A stretch of 64,000 nucleotides of DNA from Candidatus Marinacidobacterium sp. GTDB lineage: Bacteria; Acidobacteriota; Vicinamibacteria; Marinacidobacterales; Marinacidobacteraceae. A program made the position numbers and the translations under genes. The notes below the pieces were generated by a model that was not told where the DNA came from, made no database searches, and worked only from the letters and a program-made list of their open reading frames with translations. The DNA lies in assembly GCA_965220965.1 (NCBI GenBank), contig CBDCRI010000001.1:160001-224000 (forward strand). The letters run 5' to 3'. Shown here in pieces: positions 47,451 to 57,344 of this stretch. Position 1 is the stretch's first letter. Each line of letters begins with the position of its first letter.

Positions 47451-48107
47451 ATGACCAACTACCACAAGCGCTTCAACTTCGACATGCCCATGCCGGACGC
47501 CGAGGCCGGACGCCGGGCCGAGGCCGCCGTCGGCCTGCTCACCGACGGCGACGCCCGGATCGCCTGGCCCAGCCTGCCCGACGACCTGGCCGAGAATCCC
47601 TGGCGCGGCTCGATCCCCTTCCCCTCGCCGGCCTCGCTGCTGCGCGGCCCGCCGCCGCCGGGGACGTCCCAGGCCGTCGTGGAGACGGCCTGGCGGCTGG
47701 CCAACGAGCTGCTGGAGCAGGAGGACGGGCGCCACGCCCTGCGCTACCACCGCCTCATGGGCGCGTGGTCCCCCGGGGTCGTGGCCGAATACCGCGAGGA
47801 CGAAAGGCTCGGCCCCACGCTGGCCTTCGAAGGCGACGCGGAATGCGCCTCCGCGGAGGGCGCCGCGGCCCTGGCCGTCGGCCTGTGCCGGGCCTATGAC
47901 CTGCCGGCGTTCGCTTGGGAGTGGGCGGCCTGGACCGACCCGCCGCAGCCCCACACCTGCCATGGCGGGGCGGTGGTGTGCTCCCGGGCGGGCGTTCAGC
48001 AGATGCAGCCGCTCGCGTGGATCGACGCGACGCTCAAGCGCCTCGCCGACGCCGAGGCCGCCAACGCCCCGAAGCCGGCCGCGCCCTCCCCGGCGCCGGG
48101 CCCCTAG
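47451..48107 (+). CDS. hypothetical protein, paralogue of the previous gene
   Basis: CTACAAT at about 47408, GGAGG RBS; WEWAAWT...CHGGAVVCSR. Confidence 0.72.
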   Translation: MTNYHKRFNFDMPMPDAEAGRRAEAAVGLLTDGDARIAWPSLPDDLAENPWRGSIPFPSPASLLRGPPPPGTSQAVVETAWRLANELLEQEDGRHALRYHRLMGAWSPGVVAEYREDERLGPTLAFEGDAECASAEGAAALAVGLCRAYDLPAFAWEWAAWTDPPQPHTCHGGAVVCSRAGVQQMQPLAWIDATLKRLADAEAANAPKPAAPSPAPGP

Positions 48108-48153
48108 GGCCGATGCCGGGAAGCGCGGGCGGGCGCCGGGGGGCGCGGGCGAT

Positions 48154-48168
48154 GGGGGGGGGGGGGGG
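48154..48168. repeat. G15 homopolymer upstream of a TATACT box
   Basis: 15 G, about 19 nt before TATACT at about 48188. Confidence 0.85.
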
Positions 48169-48244
48169 ACGTTTCCGCCAGCCTTGCTATACTCCAGCAA
48201 CCCGCAGCCACTGGGGGCGTCGCGATGACCGCCTTGCAGACCCC

Positions 48245-48553
48245 GTGAACGACTTCGACGACCACCGAGTCACGACGCTGCCGTCGCGGCTCGCCCCGCG
48301 GCCCGTCGAGCCCCGGCCGACCGTGGTGAGGGCCGCCCCTGCGGAGATCGACGGGCACAGCGAGGCGCTAGCCGCCGAGGGCGGCGGCCCGATCGAGGTG
48401 CTGCTGCTCGACGAGCGGCGCATCGCCAGCCTTGAGGCCGGCCAGGGCGCAGCCTACGAGCCGGCCTGGTCGGAGACCGGCCCGGACGGGGAGCGCCTGC
48501 TGCTCTGGCGGCCCGGCCCGGCGCCGGCGCCCAAGCCCTCCCCCGCGCCCTAG
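48245..48553 (+). CDS. hypothetical protein (about 102 aa)
   Basis: GTG start downstream of TATACT; protein-like composition; ends PAPKPSPAP. Confidence 0.5.
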   Translation: MNDFDDHRVTTLPSRLAPRPVEPRPTVVRAAPAEIDGHSEALAAEGGGPIEVLLLDERRIASLEAGQGAAYEPAWSETGPDGERLLLWRPGPAPAPKPSPAP

Positions 48554-48569
48554 CCGCCGGCGCCGGGGG

Positions 48570-51500
48570 TCACGGCCCCACCGCGGGGTCGAACGCCCTG
48601 CACGCCCACTCCGCCGCCCCGGGCGCCCTTGCGTACACCCGGTGGACCGGCCCGTCGACCCGCCAGGCCAGCCCCAGCCTGGGGGTGCCCTCGGACGCGC
48701 CGAGGAACGCCGTCAGGTCCAGCGTGACCTCTGCCCGCGCCGGCGCGGGCGCCTCCGCCGCCCCGCAGGCGCCGGCCTCGCGGCCGAACGCGAGCTGCCA
48801 TCCGCCGCTGGCCCCCGGGTTCGGCCAGGCCGGCAGCCCGTCGGCCGCGAAGGCCTCGATCGCCGACGCGTCGGGACGGCGCGCGCCGCCGTCCCCCTCC
48901 ACCACCGGCACGACCACCGCGACGCTGCGCTGGGCGCCGGTCGGCGCGTCGCCCGGACGGACGGCCAGGCCGGCGTTGCGCACCATGTCCCGCCACGTCT
49001 CGGCCGAGGGCACGTTGGGCTCCGCCGGGCTGCGCTCGTTGACGTCGCGCACGCCGGCGCCGTCGAGGTGGGCCACCAGTCCCGGCGCGCGGCTGAGCAG
49101 GTCGAGCCACTCGCCGTCCACCAGGCGCGCCGGCTCGCCCGGCCCCGGGGCGGCCACGTGGAGCAGGTGGGCGGCCGCGTAGGCCCAGGTCTCCACCGCC
49201 TCCCGGTAGCCCTCCCATTGGCGGTCGTCGCAGCTCGCCGGCGTGCCGGGGTCGCACTGCGCCGACGGCACGGCCGGCACCAGGGCGATGCGGGCATGGG
49301 AGCCGTTGAGCGTTCGGCCGGTCCCGACGGTCGCCCGCAGGTCCGACCCGGAGGCCATCAGCACCCAGTCCTTCGGGTCCGTGGCCCGGCTGGCGAACGC
49401 GCCCAGCGCCTCGACCGCGTTGCCGCGGCCCGCCCTGCGGCCGCCGGCCGGCGGAGCCTCGATGTCGCGGGCGCGCAGCGGCAGCGGCACCCGGTCGCCG
49501 ACGTGGGCGAGGAACGCCAGGTGGCCGGCCGGCGCGCTGCCGCCCCAGTCGATGACCACCGGGCGGCGCAGGTCCTCCGCGCCCGCCTCGAAGGCGCCCC
49601 AGGCGACCGTGGCGACCGGCGAGGGGGCGTTGGCTTCGGGCAGCACCACCTGCAGCTCTCCGGACCACTCGCCGCCCTGCGGCAGCGCGAACAGCTGCCA
49701 GGTCCGCAGCGCGCCGGAGGGCGCCGCGGCGGTGCGCTCGGCGAGCGGCAGCAGGCGCTCGCGGGGGCCGGCGGCGCCGGCCGCGCGGTGGCTGACGATC
49801 GGCGCCAGGGCGTCCGGCCCCTCGGCGGCCAGGCTCAGGTGCGTTCGCCGGGCGCCATGGGGCGCCACGTAGCCCGGCTCGGTCCGTCCCAGCAGCGTGC
49901 GGTCGTCCGAGGGGTCGCTGGGGTCGCCGTAGTCCACCCGGCGCACGGTGCGGCCCTGGTGCCAGCCGAGCTGCGCCACGAACGGCAGCACGGCCTGGTC
50001 GAGGCCGCAGGCAAGCTCCACGGCGAAGGCCCGCGGGTCGAGCTCGAAGCCGCCGTTGCCGACGCCGACGGAGAGCGTGCCGCGCTGCACCGCCTTGCCG
50101 GTGCAGTCCCACTCCGCCACCAGGCGGACCTGCTCCTCCAGCCCGGCGGTGCGCGTCCGGTCGGCCAGCACGGCGCACTGGGCGGGCTCGAACGGCTCGG
50201 GCTCCTCCGGCCGCTGCGGCTCGTCGCCGCGGTCCTGCGGGGGAAGCGCGCGCCAGGCCTCCAGCTCGGCGAAGTACTCCGCGAGGTCGGCGGCGTACTT
50301 GCGCGCCTCGCGGTCGGCCCGGCGGCGCTCCGCCAGGCAGCTCAGCCAGCTGCCCGCCTCGAAGAAGCTCATGCGCCCCTCGGACGGCTCCGAGAGGCGC
50401 CAACGCACGTCCGCCACCGCGGCCCGGTTCGGGTTCAGGGAGGACTCAAGCTTCACGTCGGAGTAGCCCGAGTTGCGCAGCGAGTGGAGGTAGTCGTAGG
50501 CGAAGGCCGCCACCGTCGCGTCCAGCGGCGGCGGGCCGCAGGTGACGGCCACCGTTCGCTCCACCGTCGGGCCGCCGGAGGGGGTGACGCGCAGCGTGAC
50601 GTCGCGCGCGCCCTGCGCCGTGCAGGGCACGTGCAGGTGGACGTGCTCGCTGCCGAGCGGCGCCACCTCGACGCCGCGCAGGGTCGCATCGCCCTGGGGC
50701 AGGCGCCCGCCGGGATAGGTCTGGGAGAGCACCCCGCCCCCCGGCAGGGAGAGGTCGAAGCTGACGTCAGCGTCCTCGCGGCCGTTGCTCAGCTGCACGA
50801 CGCCCTCCGCGTACTCCAGCGCCCGTCCGACCGCCGTGAGGCCCTCCTGCACCGGCTCGACCGCCGCTAGGCAGTTGACCGCCACGTCGACGTCGCGCGT
50901 CCAGACCTCCGCGCCCGAGGCGGGGGACTCCGCCCGCAGCGCCACCGTGCCCGTGTGGGAGCTCGCGCCGCCCGCCGGGCACTGCGCCACCAGGATGAAG
51001 GCGGACATCGCGCCGGGCGGCAGGGCGACCTCGCCGACCGGCCGGCACAGGCCGGCGTCGCCCTCGCAGCCCTCCCAGTCCTCGGCCCGGTGCAGGGTGG
51101 CCTCAAGGCCGGCGAACTCGGCGGCCAGCGTCAGGAGCGGCGCCCGCGCGCCCTCCCCGCGGGCGCGGTTCTCCACCCACAGCGGGATGATGGCGTTGGC
51201 GGCCTCGCCGCCGACCCGCCGCGTGACCCGCTCGGGGAGGGCGTGCAGGGGGGCGCCGGCGCAGGTCACCGGCACGCTGAGCGTGGCGCCGCCGTAGCCG
51301 TCGGCCGCCGCCGCCGCGACGGCGCGCGGCGCATCCGCGCCGGTCTCCTCCCGGCATTCCACGGCGTACGCCTGCGGGGCGGAGGTGGCGTTGGCCGGCA
51401 CCGTGACCCGGACGGTCTCAACCGGCGAGTCGGCGCCCTCGAAGGAGACCGCGAAGGTCCGCTCGATCGGGCTGGCGTTGACGATCCGCACCGCCGCGGA

Positions 51501-52457
51501 CGCCGTCTCCAGCACGCGGGCGCTGATCGCGTCGGCGCCGCCCACCGGCTCCAAGGCCGGCTTCGCGGGCGGCTCGCAGGACTGGCTCCAGGCGACTTCG
51601 TCGCCCGCCCACTCGTAGTCCCCGTCGGCGAGCGCCACCTCGATGGCGCCGCTCCACCGCGCCGCCTCCGGGGACACCGGGCAGTCCCAGACCACCGTGA
51701 ACAGGGAGCTTCCGCCGAGGGGCTGCTCCTGCTCGCCCCAGGCCAGCGGCGCGCACTCCCCGTCCGGGCCCGCCGCCCCCTGGCAGGCCTCCCAGACGGG
51801 GCGCGACCAGAGCTGGGGCGCGGGCTCGGCGGCGGGGTCGGAGGAGTGGTCGATGAGCCAGCGCACGGCGTCCGGCTGGCCGGCGTCGCCCTCGAACTCG
51901 GTGACCCGGTTGCCGACGGTGAAGTGGCCGTGCGCGGAGCGCGGGGCGTCCCCCGCGCCCACCGCCAGGTCGCGGTAGGACTCCGGCGACACCGAGGCCG
52001 GGAACGCCTCGCAGGAGAAGCTGAAGCGCAGCGTCTCGTCGTCGAACTGGTCGCGCACGCGCAGCTGCGCCTGAACCTCCCCGGGCGCCTGGCACAGCGC
52101 CCGCCACTCCACCGTGGCGGCCCCCCAGCCCGCGATCGCCAGCGAGCCGTCGCCGGCGGCGAGGGCGACGCCGCCGCCGCTCAGGCTGACCGTGAAGGTG
52201 CGGTCGTCCGGCGAGTCGTTCTCCACCTCGATCCGGCCGGTGGCGACCTCCATGACGGCGGCGTCCCGCGAGCCGAGGGAGGCCAGCCCGAGGCTTGCCG
52301 AGCCGCCGGTCGGGCCGGGCCCGCCGCCGCCGGAGGAGCCCCCGCCGCCGCCGCAGGCCGCGGCCGCCGCGCAGGCCGCGGCGAGGGCCGCCGTCCGGGC
52401 CGTCCGCGCCATGCGCGCGCGCCGCCCTCCTGTCAGGTGTCTGCGGGCTCGGCTCAT
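48570..52457 (-). CDS. large surface lipoprotein with repeated Cys-containing beta-rich modules
   Basis: GAGGAG RBS; basic N-region, Ala-rich h-region, AAAC lipobox and Gly linker; about 1295 aa. Confidence 0.75.
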   Translation of the reverse strand: MSRARRHLTGGRRARMARTARTAALAAACAAAAACGGGGGSSGGGGPGPTGGSASLGLASLGSRDAAVMEVATGRIEVENDSPDDRTFTVSLSGGGVALAAGDGSLAIAGWGAATVEWRALCQAPGEVQAQLRVRDQFDDETLRFSFSCEAFPASVSPESYRDLAVGAGDAPRSAHGHFTVGNRVTEFEGDAGQPDAVRWLIDHSSDPAAEPAPQLWSRPVWEACQGAAGPDGECAPLAWGEQEQPLGGSSLFTVVWDCPVSPEAARWSGAIEVALADGDYEWAGDEVAWSQSCEPPAKPALEPVGGADAISARVLETASAAVRIVNASPIERTFAVSFEGADSPVETVRVTVPANATSAPQAYAVECREETGADAPRAVAAAAADGYGGATLSVPVTCAGAPLHALPERVTRRVGGEAANAIIPLWVENRARGEGARAPLLTLAAEFAGLEATLHRAEDWEGCEGDAGLCRPVGEVALPPGAMSAFILVAQCPAGGASSHTGTVALRAESPASGAEVWTRDVDVAVNCLAAVEPVQEGLTAVGRALEYAEGVVQLSNGREDADVSFDLSLPGGGVLSQTYPGGRLPQGDATLRGVEVAPLGSEHVHLHVPCTAQGARDVTLRVTPSGGPTVERTVAVTCGPPPLDATVAAFAYDYLHSLRNSGYSDVKLESSLNPNRAAVADVRWRLSEPSEGRMSFFEAGSWLSCLAERRRADREARKYAADLAEYFAELEAWRALPPQDRGDEPQRPEEPEPFEPAQCAVLADRTRTAGLEEQVRLVAEWDCTGKAVQRGTLSVGVGNGGFELDPRAFAVELACGLDQAVLPFVAQLGWHQGRTVRRVDYGDPSDPSDDRTLLGRTEPGYVAPHGARRTHLSLAAEGPDALAPIVSHRAAGAAGPRERLLPLAERTAAAPSGALRTWQLFALPQGGEWSGELQVVLPEANAPSPVATVAWGAFEAGAEDLRRPVVIDWGGSAPAGHLAFLAHVGDRVPLPLRARDIEAPPAGGRRAGRGNAVEALGAFASRATDPKDWVLMASGSDLRATVGTGRTLNGSHARIALVPAVPSAQCDPGTPASCDDRQWEGYREAVETWAYAAAHLLHVAAPGPGEPARLVDGEWLDLLSRAPGLVAHLDGAGVRDVNERSPAEPNVPSAETWRDMVRNAGLAVRPGDAPTGAQRSVAVVVPVVEGDGGARRPDASAIEAFAADGLPAWPNPGASGGWQLAFGREAGACGAAEAPAPARAEVTLDLTAFLGASEGTPRLGLAWRVDGPVHRVYARAPGAAEWACRAFDPAVGP

Positions 52458-52708
52458 GCGATCTCCTCGGTGGGCCGCGCCGGCCGGCGCGGGAGCCACA
52501 AAAGATATGTCGGCCTTCGCGAAATGGCAAGGGCCGCGCCCCTGGTGGGCCGGCGCCGGGAATCCCGGCCTTTCCGCCGGCGCCTGAGCCTAGGGGCCGC
52601 CCCTTTGGCCGCCCCCTGCCATGCGGCGCGGGGCCGCGCTTGGCCGCGGCCGGGCGGGGGGGGGGCGGCGCCGTCAGGGGCGCCGCGTCGCCCCGCGGCG
52701 GGCGCCGG

Positions 52709-55417
52709 TCAGCCGCACTTGCTGTAGCCGCAGCCGCCGCAGACCTGGCAGCCCTCCTCGCGGCGCAGCTCGCCGCCGCATGCCGGGCACGCGCCGGGCA
52801 CCGGCGCCGCGGCGGGCCGGGCGGAGATCGGCTTGCCGAGCAGGTCCTCGGCGGCCCGCTCCAGGGCGTAGCCGACCTCGGAGATGATGGAGGGCACGTA
52901 GCGGTGCCCGCCGTCCACGGAGCGCCCCAGCGCCCCGCCGTCGGCGTCGCGCACCGACTTGAGGTCGCTGATCAGGTCGGCGATCTCGGCCAGGCCGTCG
53001 ATGCGCCGCAGCAGCGCCGACAGCGTCAGCGAGAACGAGGCCTGCCAGGCCGCGTGCTGGGTGTCCTTCGAGTTGATGAACACCTCGTGCAGGCGGTCGC
53101 CGAGCTTGCTCACGTGGACGTAGATCGGCATCGCGTCGGGCACGTTGACGTGCAGCCTGTAGGTCATCGACGGCAGCGCCAGCGGGCGGGTCTTCGCGGA
53201 CTGGGTGGCGCCCCGGCGGATCTCGTCGATCAGCTCGGGCAGCTCCGGCTCCGAGCGGGGCCGCGCCTCGACGGCCGCGGCGGCGTCGGCCTCCGCCGCC
53301 AGCTCCGGCGGCAGCGCGGGGGCGTCCGCGGCGGCCGGCGCCTGCGCGGGGCCCGCCACCGCCCACTCCACCAGCTCGCCCTCGATGCGCCCGGCGCCGT
53401 CCGGCCACGCGGCGCCCTCCGGCGCGGGCCGGGGGGCGTACTGGCCTTGGTTGAGCGCCTCGTGCAGCAGCGCCGCCCGCGTCGGCTCGCGCCGGTCGTG
53501 GGAGACCGACTCGCCGCCGCCGAACTCGCGCCAGGCGCCGTCGGCGGTGCGGAACCGGTAGCGGCGCCGCGCCATCTCGCCCTCGCGGGTGAGCACGCCG
53601 GCCCGCTGCGGGGTCGGCCGGTAGGTCGCGCAGCCCTTCAGGCCCTGCTCGTAGGCCAGCCGGTAGACGTCCTTGAACGCCTGGAACGGCATGTCCTCGG
53701 GCACGTTCACGGTCTTGGATATGCTGCTGTCGACAAAGCGCTGCACCGCCGCCTGCATCGCCACGTGCTCGGCCGGGGAGACGTCGTCGGCCGCCGTCCA
53801 GGCCGGCCCGCGCGGGAGCCCGTGGCGCTCCGCGTAGGCCTCCTCCAGCGAGCGCACGAGCACGGTGCGCTTGGCCTCCCCGGCGGCCACCAGGATGTTG
53901 CGCTCGGTCCGGTGCGCGAAGGTCGGCTCGATGCCGTTGGAGCAGTTGCCGGACACGAACGCCGTCGTGCCGGTCGGCGCCACCGTGGTCGCGTGCGACC
54001 AGCGCAGCCCGTGCTCGGCCGCGGCCGCCCGCCAGTCCCCGTCGAGCACGCCCTCGTCCACCAGGCGGCTGACGTAGGGCGAGGCGAGGTGCGCCTCGAG
54101 CACCGCCGGGTCCTCGAACACGGGCGCCCGGCCCTTCTCCCGGGCCAGCGCCACCGCCTCGCGCCAGGACTGCTCCGCCAGGACCGCCCCGACCCGCCTG
54201 GCGAAGGCCTGCGCGGGGTCCGACCCGTAGCGCAGGCCGAGCAGGTTGAGGGCGCTGCCGAGGCCCATGATGCCCATGCCGTGGCGGCGCTTGGCGCGCA
54301 GCTCCGCGTCCTGCTCGGGCAGCGGCAGCCGGGCGTCCTCCACCACGTTGTCGAGCATGCGCGAGAACGTCCGCGCCGCCCGGGCGAAGCCCTCCCAGTC
54401 GAACGCGGCGCCCTCCGTCAGGCCGTCCGTCACGTGGTCGGTGAGCCGGATGGCCCCCAGCAGGCAGGCGCCGTGCGGCGGCAGCGGCTGCTCCCCGCAC
54501 GGGTTGGTCGCCCAGATCTCCTCGACCGAGCGCAGCGGGTTCATGGCGTTGATGCGGTCGATGAACAGCACGCCGGGCTCGGCGCTGTCGTAGGTCAGGC
54601 GCATGATCCGGTCCCACAGGTCGCGCGCCGGCAGGCGCTTGTGGATGCGGCACAGGTAGCGCCCCTCGGCGTCGCGCTCGTACTCCGCGTCGGGCCCCGG
54701 CCGCTGCCAGCGCGCCCAAGCCGACTCGCCCTCGGGCGGGCGCGGCTCGCCGGCCCGGACCGGGTACATGAGGCGGTGCTCGCCGTCGGCGGCGACCGCC
54801 GCCATGAACTCGTCGCCCACCAGCACCGAGAGGTTGAAGTTGGTCAGCCGCCCGGCCCTGGCCTTGGCCTCGATGTAGTCCTCCACGTCCGGGTGGCGCA
54901 CGTCAAGCGTGCCCATCTGGGCGCCGCGGCGTCCGCCCGCCGAGCTGACGGTGGCGCAGGCGGCGTCGAAGGTGTCCATGAACGGCAGGACGCCGCCGGT
55001 GGCGGCGCCGACGCCGGCGACCAGGGCGCCGCGGGGGCGCAGGGTCGAGAAGCAGTAGCCGATGCCGCAGCCCTTGGCGAGCGTCTCCATGGCCTCGCCG
55101 ACCGCCCGCGCGATGCCCGCCATCGAGTCCTCCACCGTGCGCGACACCGTGCAGTTGATGGCCGAGGCGTTGCGCCCGTCGCGGCCCATGTTGGCCAGGA
55201 TGCGCCCGCCGGGCCGGGCGCCGCCCTCGAGCAGCGCCCACAGGAACTCGCGCTCCCTCGCCCGGCGGGCCTTGGCCGGGCCGCCGTCCAGCTTGGCCAG
55301 CGCCTTGGCGACGCGCTCCGCCACGTCCTCCCAGCACGCCTCCCCGGGCGCGCCGTACTTGTCCAGCAGGGTGTCGAGCATCGGGTCCGCAAGCGGTGCG
55401 GCGGCGGCGTTGAGCAT
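52709..55417 (-). CDS. nrdJ: class II (adenosylcobalamin-dependent) ribonucleotide reductase with C-terminal Zn ribbon
   Basis: PGGRILAN, INC, GGRRGAQM, EPGVLFID, TNPCGEQ, APTGT, SISKTVN, GLKGCATYR and terminal CPAC...EGCQVCGGCGYSKCG. Confidence 0.93.
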   Translation of the reverse strand: MLNAAAAPLADPMLDTLLDKYGAPGEACWEDVAERVAKALAKLDGGPAKARRAREREFLWALLEGGARPGGRILANMGRDGRNASAINCTVSRTVEDSMAGIARAVGEAMETLAKGCGIGYCFSTLRPRGALVAGVGAATGGVLPFMDTFDAACATVSSAGGRRGAQMGTLDVRHPDVEDYIEAKARAGRLTNFNLSVLVGDEFMAAVAADGEHRLMYPVRAGEPRPPEGESAWARWQRPGPDAEYERDAEGRYLCRIHKRLPARDLWDRIMRLTYDSAEPGVLFIDRINAMNPLRSVEEIWATNPCGEQPLPPHGACLLGAIRLTDHVTDGLTEGAAFDWEGFARAARTFSRMLDNVVEDARLPLPEQDAELRAKRRHGMGIMGLGSALNLLGLRYGSDPAQAFARRVGAVLAEQSWREAVALAREKGRAPVFEDPAVLEAHLASPYVSRLVDEGVLDGDWRAAAAEHGLRWSHATTVAPTGTTAFVSGNCSNGIEPTFAHRTERNILVAAGEAKRTVLVRSLEEAYAERHGLPRGPAWTAADDVSPAEHVAMQAAVQRFVDSSISKTVNVPEDMPFQAFKDVYRLAYEQGLKGCATYRPTPQRAGVLTREGEMARRRYRFRTADGAWREFGGGESVSHDRREPTRAALLHEALNQGQYAPRPAPEGAAWPDGAGRIEGELVEWAVAGPAQAPAAADAPALPPELAAEADAAAAVEARPRSEPELPELIDEIRRGATQSAKTRPLALPSMTYRLHVNVPDAMPIYVHVSKLGDRLHEVFINSKDTQHAAWQASFSLTLSALLRRIDGLAEIADLISDLKSVRDADGGALGRSVDGGHRYVPSIISEVGYALERAAEDLLGKPISARPAAAPVPGACPACGGELRREEGCQVCGGCGYSKCG

Positions 55418-55581
55418 GGTCCCTCCTCGTTGGCACAGGTCCGGCGCAGCGGGCGCCATGCAGGCATTGTAGCGACGGCGCGGGGTTTCGCGCCCCGGCC
55501 CGCGCGTTCGCGCCGCCTCAACAGCCGCATCGCGCCCCGCCTTCCTCGCGCCTGCCCCCGGCGATATACTCCCCATCCACG

Positions 55582-56172
55582 ATGCCCACCACGCTCCTCC
55601 AGCCCCCGGAGGCGGCGCCCCTGGCCCTCAAGGCCCTCGGCGCCGCGCCGCCGGGGTTCGGCCCGCTCCCCGCCGAGCCGGTTCGCCGCAGCCCATGGGG
55701 GACGCCCGGCCAGCGGTTCGCGGTGCTGCGCCGCCAAGGCGGCGGGCTCGACGCCGCCATGCCGCGCTGGGGCCTGCTGCCCGCCTGGATGCCGCACGCC
55801 AGCGCCCGCCGGAAGCCCACCTGCGCGCGGGCGGGCAGCCTGCTCAGCCGCAAGGCCTTCCGGGAGGCGTTCCGGCGCCGGCGCTGCCTGGTCCCGGCCA
55901 CGGGCTGGGCGGCCGGCGGCCAAGGGCGGCGCGCGGCCGTGCCGGACGGGGTCGCCCTGCTGGCCGGCGTCTGGGAGCGCTGGACGCCGCCCGATCCCGC
56001 CAAGCCGCCGATCGACACGTTCGCCCTGGTCCTCGCGCCGCGCGGCGCGGGGCTTCCCGCCGCCATCCCGCCGGCCCGCGCGCCGGAGTGGCTGGCCCCG
56101 GACGGGCCGCCGGACGGCCTCATCGCCCTGCTGCGCGACGCCCGGCCATGCGCCCGCGCGCTCGCCGCATGA
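55582..56172 (+). CDS. SRAP/YedK-like protein lacking the catalytic N-terminal Cys
   Basis: RWGLLPAW, AR......KAFREAF..RRCLVPATGW and LAGVWERW; begins MPTT instead of MCGR. Confidence 0.7.
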   Translation: MPTTLLQPPEAAPLALKALGAAPPGFGPLPAEPVRRSPWGTPGQRFAVLRRQGGGLDAAMPRWGLLPAWMPHASARRKPTCARAGSLLSRKAFREAFRRRRCLVPATGWAAGGQGRRAAVPDGVALLAGVWERWTPPDPAKPPIDTFALVLAPRGAGLPAAIPPARAPEWLAPDGPPDGLIALLRDARPCARALAA

Positions 56173-56450
56173 GCGACGACCACGAGGCCGAGCGGCGCAG
56201 CCAGCTGGCGTACGGGCGGGCGCTGGCCGGCCAGGGCGCTCCCAAGCCGCCCGGGGGGCGGAGACCCGGGGGAAAGCGGTCCGGGGGAAACCGGTCCGGA
56301 GGCAGGCGGCGGACGCGGTCGGTGGCGCTGCCGGACGCCCTCTGGCGGCGGATGGCCAAGGCGGCCGCGGCGGAGGGCAAGCGGGCGGAGGACTTCGCGC
56401 TGGCGGCGATCCAGGCGTCGCTGCGCGCTTCGGAGGCCCGCGATCCGTGA
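56169..56450 (+). CDS. small ribbon-helix-helix-like DNA-binding protein
   Basis: ATGA overlap with the upstream stop; RTRSVALPDALWRRMAKAAAAEGKRAEDFALAAI. Confidence 0.6.
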   Translation: MSDDHEAERRSQLAYGRALAGQGAPKPPGGRRPGGKRSGGNRSGGRRRTRSVALPDALWRRMAKAAAAEGKRAEDFALAAIQASLRASEARDP

Positions 56451-56529
56451 CGGGCGGGGCCGAAGGCGGAGGGGGCCGGCGCCGATGGGGGGCTCCCGGC
56501 CCCCCAAGGGCAACGCCCCGGCCGTCGGG

Positions 56530-57159
56530 CTAGAGGCCGAACCTGAGCGTTGCCGCGGACGTGCCCGAGTGGACGCACTGAATGGTAATGGTCAGCCCGG
56601 CCGCGTTGCGGTTGGCCGCGGTCGAGAAGGCGCCGGAGGCGGCGTTCGCCGAGCCGGCGGCCTGGACGACGACCTGGTCGCTGCTCTCGCCGAGGTAGGC
56701 GGCCACGTTGTCGCAGGCGTCGCGTCCCTCATCACCGAAGCCATACTGGTACAGCCCGGCGGTGCCGCCGCCATTGGTGCTCGCGGTGACCGCCTGGTTG
56801 TACGCGTTCACCGCAGTGGTGTCGTTGGCGGTCCTCAGGATGTTGGGCGCACCGTGGGCGCGCAAATGCGTCTCGTCGAAGTCGTCGGACTTCTGGGTGC
56901 CGCCGAGGGTCTGCGTGCGCAGCGCTACCGCGGCAATGACCACCTGCGCGTTGTCCTGGCGCGCCTGCTGGATGTTGACGTCCTCGGTCAGCTGCAGGGC
57001 GCCGCCGATGGCCGCGGCGGCGAGTATCCCGGTGATTCCTATCCAGATGGCCAGCTGGGTCATGCTGTAGCCCTGCTGCCGCGACCTCCCGGCGGGGGGC
57101 AGGTCGTTTGCTCGGGGGCGCACGGCCGCAGCCGCCTTCTTGATGATGATGGGTTCCAC
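56530..57159 (-). CDS. type IV (IVb-like) prepilin
   Basis: AGGAG RBS with GTG; about 30-aa basic leader, QQG|YSMTQLAIWIGITGILAAAAIGG; two C-terminal Cys. Confidence 0.75.
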   Translation of the reverse strand: MEPIIIKKAAAAVRPRANDLPPAGRSRQQGYSMTQLAIWIGITGILAAAAIGGALQLTEDVNIQQARQDNAQVVIAAVALRTQTLGGTQKSDDFDETHLRAHGAPNILRTANDTTAVNAYNQAVTASTNGGGTAGLYQYGFGDEGRDACDNVAAYLGESSDQVVVQAAGSANAASGAFSTAANRNAAGLTITIQCVHSGTSAATLRFGL

Positions 57160-57344
57160 GGGTGGTATCTCCTAAAAAATTGACAAACGGTCTTGAACCA
57201 TATATCCTTGTTTTCGAATTAGTCAACCCCCCGCCCGGGGAGCCGCGGACGGCTCCCGCACCCGCCAGCCCTGCCCGACGCCGCATCGCCCGCGCCCGCC
57301 CGAATCCGCGGTCGGCCGCGTCCCTTAGGAGCCATCCCCCTCCG

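Noticed and set aside
52295-56533. 1412-aa plus-strand ORF and many other long Arg/Pro/Gly-rich ORFs (e.g. 48432-50870, 11845-13785, 60750-62828, 42093-43790)
   Set aside because: Antisense or alternate-frame shadows of motif-supported genes; stop codons are scarce at this GC content.
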